Positions 60,901-64,000 of a stretch of DNA of 64,000 bases are shown here, piece after piece; position 1 is the first letter of the stretch, and each line of letters opens with the position of its first letter. Both the position numbers and the translations under genes were made by a program. Source of the DNA: Paraspadella gotoi (taxonomy: Eukaryota > Animalia > Chaetognatha); assembly GCA_051294375.1 (NCBI GenBank), contig CM119270.1, positions 5,974,027 through 6,038,026 on the forward strand, read 5' to 3'. Under the pieces are notes generated by a model. That model was not told the DNA's origin and searched no databases. It was given only the letters and a program-made list of their open reading frames with translations.

Positions 60901-62392
60901 GGGTCTATTTGATAAATTCGATTTAAACTCAAATCGAGACATTTTAATATTTTCAGCGTCGAAAAAGTTGTTACTTTTATTTCCTTAATACGGTTTCCTC
61001 TCAATTTCAATAACCTCAACGACTTTGTTTCTTTAAAAACGTCCTCATCAATGAGTTCTATGCCAAAATCAGTTACCGATAAAGTACGGAGCGTCGCCAA
61101 GTTGGTAAACAGATCTCTGCTAAGAACAGTTAGATTCCCGTTTTTCAAATACAGCGTTTGGAGGTTAATCGTATTTTTTAAAAAATCATTGTTCAGCCTT
61201 TTGACGCCGTATATTTCCATGTACGTGATGGAATCGTGTCGTCCCGGCAAACTCGTCAAATCCACTCCACCCCTGTGCCAAATCTTCAGGTGAGTGAGTC
61301 TCGTAAAATTGGGAAAGTTATTCAGAGAGGAATCGACGCCTGCCACAAACTCTACTGACAAATTGACAACTGGGGACACGAACTGCAAAAACTCGGAAGT
61401 CGTCAACTCGTTGCCCGTTAGATAAAGATAAGTCAGGTTGGGCGTGCCCACGAAAGCATCCGGCGAGATGTAGCGAATTCCGGCATTTTTCGCTTTGATG
61501 TACTTTATTGTGGATAAATTAGCAAATTGAGTCGTGATGTTGGAGATTTTGTTTTGGTTCAGATCTACGTAAGATAAGGGGGCGTCTTTTAACGAGTCTT
61601 TGCCTATATAATCTATGGTGTTGTTATAGAAGCTTATCTGGGTCAGGTAAGGATAGTCTCGAAGAAAGTCCTTCTCGATCCTTTTGAGACCGAGATTTCT
61701 GAAGCTGATTTCAAAGTTGTTGGGCTTTTGGAAGCAGTCCTTGAGGCGAGGACAGGCGTGGTGATGGGTGGTGGCCTTGTACATGATGTCCCGGGTGAGC
61801 CTGGAGCAGTTCTGCGAGGAAGATTTAAAATATTAGAACTTATAAATTCTAATAAAAGTATGTACTAACTTTTTGTTTTGGGTTTATGTTTTATATTTTG
61901 TGGTCGCATTTTTCAATTCGAGGTGATCACGTGACTACACAAAAAAGAAATTTATATGGACTACAAGTTTTAATATTTTTTCAATTTCTGCCTAGTACAA
62001 CTAAGTTTTGAGCATTAGATGAACATTAGATGAACACAGAGGCAAACAGACAGACCAAAAGTTACTCTTCGCGGAACTAAAAAAAAATTGGCTTGTGAGG
62101 ACCCAACGGAGGAAGATTTGAACATTACTTTAAAAAGGTCTGAAATTCCATAAAGTCTTTTTTTTTTTCTGACAATGATCTCAAAATGTAAAGAACTTTT
62201 TTGGTTCTGACTTCTCACCGCGGATTTAAACATCGGCGATGGAACATCCGATCCATTCCAATAAACAATAAAGAGAATAAAGTCTTTTTCGTTGAAGTGA
62301 TTTTTTTCGTTCCAAGTCCGCAAAGCGCATTCTCTCCCCGACGAAACCACGAACAAGAAAAGAGTCAGGAAGATGGTACAAAAGTTGGACAT
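57945..62392 (-). CDS. LRR receptor with TM, pseudokinase, KEN (IRE1/RNase L-type) ribonuclease and possible ubiquitin-like tail; ~1346 aa, 2 exons
   Basis: Exon 1 62392(or 62413)-62219 has signal peptide MSNFCTIFLTLFLFVVSS and a phase-0 donor gtgaga. Exon 2 61811-57945 is in frame with the 1279-aa ORF. About 20 LxxLxLxxN repeats; LRRCT GNNWDCSSC..FKC..C; TM FFACLVGIIALF; kinase remnants QLLKGVAHLHSL..VFHLALSPDTIFL..LKIGYF; KEN W..LF..Y..DLIRFVRNVYTHY..YFTERFPYL. Confidence 0.93.
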
Positions 62393-63078
62393 CTTAGCGA
62401 CGGTGGGGGTCATTGTCGTCGTTTGTTATAATATCGGATGGTTCGTCTCGAGTTATTCGTCTATTGGGTAGTGGAGTGGCGTTAGAGAGTCTGGGTTTTC
62501 AATGAAGTCAGATGCAACCACGATGTCGTTGGCTTCAGTCGATGCGGGTTTGAGCTCGCGACGGAACGGCCATTAATTTAATTTAAAAAAAAAAATGTTG
62601 AACGCTTAGTCATGAATGGGATTGCGTTGATAAACGAGGAGCTCGCCCGGACCCAGTTTTTTTTTTTTAATCTTTAGTGCCTTTACCCTGCTCTTTACCC
62701 TGCTCGACAACAAATGAAAAATTGAGGATTTTAAAGATTTTAAAGATGAAAAATTAGTTCTCGAATAGATCGACAATACAAGACTTTGCAAATAATTTGT
62801 TGTTTTTTTTTACAAGGAAATTGTTTTGTCAGCCTTAAGACCAAAAAGAGCTAACGCGAATTTGGATTGTCCCCATTGTTCTGATAGTATGAACAAGCTA
62901 CAAAGTGATACGCGAAGATACGAATCCAGAATCTGAGTCATGGTTTTATTATGAATTACAACCTCGATCCTCATCCTCCTCTTCCCCTCCCTCTCCCGAG
63001 GATCCGTCCTTTTTAGTCCACTCTCCGCGGTTCTCGAGTTCTACTAACTTCCTTCTTTTCTAATACTATTTCCGGCCA

Positions 63079-63088
63079 GGGACTTTCC
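63079..63088 (+). promoter_or_regulatory. Consensus NF-kB (kB) site upstream of the LRR-KEN gene
   Basis: Exact GGGACTTTCC ~690 bp 5' of the ATG; near-match GGGAATTTCA at 63371-63380. TSS unknown. Confidence 0.35.
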
Positions 63089-64000
63089 CTCAATAAACAT
63101 TACCGTTGCGATATACGTCTTCTTCTTCAGACAACCATTTCAATTTGAGCCTTATCCTTCAATCTTTTTGACAGACTGGACTTACCTCCTTTCCTTATTT
63201 TCAATGAAGATCGCACAAAAATATCGACACACGATATTATAAAACAATCAAAAATCTTATTGCGCTTTGAGGAATTACAATTACGTCATGATCATTTTAC
63301 CAACAGGATCGGATCCTCAAATCAGTTTTTCATGGCTCGCCTTGCACTTTGTGGCGTTATCGTGAAGACAGGGAATTTCAACGAATCGATGACTCATCCC
63401 CACTTAACTCGATTCAGTTGGTTTTTCCCCTCGTTATTTACATTTTTACTATTTGTTGTTATTCTCCCTCATTTTTTCGAAATAAAACCCCAGATTTTTT
63501 TATTTATGTTGTCATTTTTCATTTTAACATCCAGTGCTCTTCTCCCGACATTCCAAAGTTTACAAAAAGCAAGGTCTACTCAAAATGATAATTCATAGCT
63601 GCTATTGTATTTTTAACTAGAATGATTGATATTTTATTAGAATTTAAAAACCTTTACGTGCAAAAGTAATAATTGTTTCTTTAAATTAATAGCCGGGGAC
63701 AAAAAACTAGGTTGAGTTTCTTTATTTGTAATCAATGAAAAATTGATAAAACAAAAAAAAACAAAAAATTTTCGACAGGCCGGATAGAGTCGAAGCCCGT
63801 ACGGATATTTCAAACTTTTAATGTCTAGAAAAATTTTTGAAATAAACTATAATTTAAACATGATCACTTAAAATTTTAGAGAGAAACACTTTAAACTTTA
63901 ATCTATCAAATTCGTGTTTATGAAGATGCCGTTTCATGTTCCAACTCGACCAAGAAAAAAACTTACAATGACCACACTCGAAAATTTCATCCAAAGGACT

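Noticed and set aside
63260-63598. Short hydrophobic ORFs near the window end
   Set aside because: No recognisable domain or consistent splice structure.

Overview
Eukaryotic (invertebrate animal) genomic DNA with GT-AG introns, GC-rich exons and many (GA)n tracts. It is a draft assembly: two 25-N gaps, one 10-N gap, homopolymer frameshifts and probable PacBio adapter remnants. Genes, left to right: calreticulin with two perfect ERSE elements and a partial inverted copy; a SORBS/CAP-like triple-SH3 adaptor; the 3' half of a Sushi/CCP type-I membrane protein, with two paralogous secreted-protein genes nested antisense in its intron; an SLC16-like MFS transporter; a GH18 chitinase followed by C-type lectin and Sushi exons (duplicated/inverted); a long XK-family protein; a KCNE-like single-pass protein; and an LRR receptor. 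The standout is that two-exon receptor (57945-62392, minus): signal peptide, Toll-like LRR ectodomain, LRRCT, TM, reduced pseudokinase, IRE1/RNase L-type KEN ribonuclease domain with the R-N-x3-H motif intact, and a possible ubiquitin-like tail. This suggests a ligand-gated receptor ribonuclease. A perfect 39-bp hairpin lies just after its stop codon and a consensus kB site lies upstream. The window also holds three TRIM retroelements with tRNA-like LTRs (PBS, PPT, 4-bp TSDs) plus solo LTRs. All family calls are by-eye motif recognition; no database searches were run.
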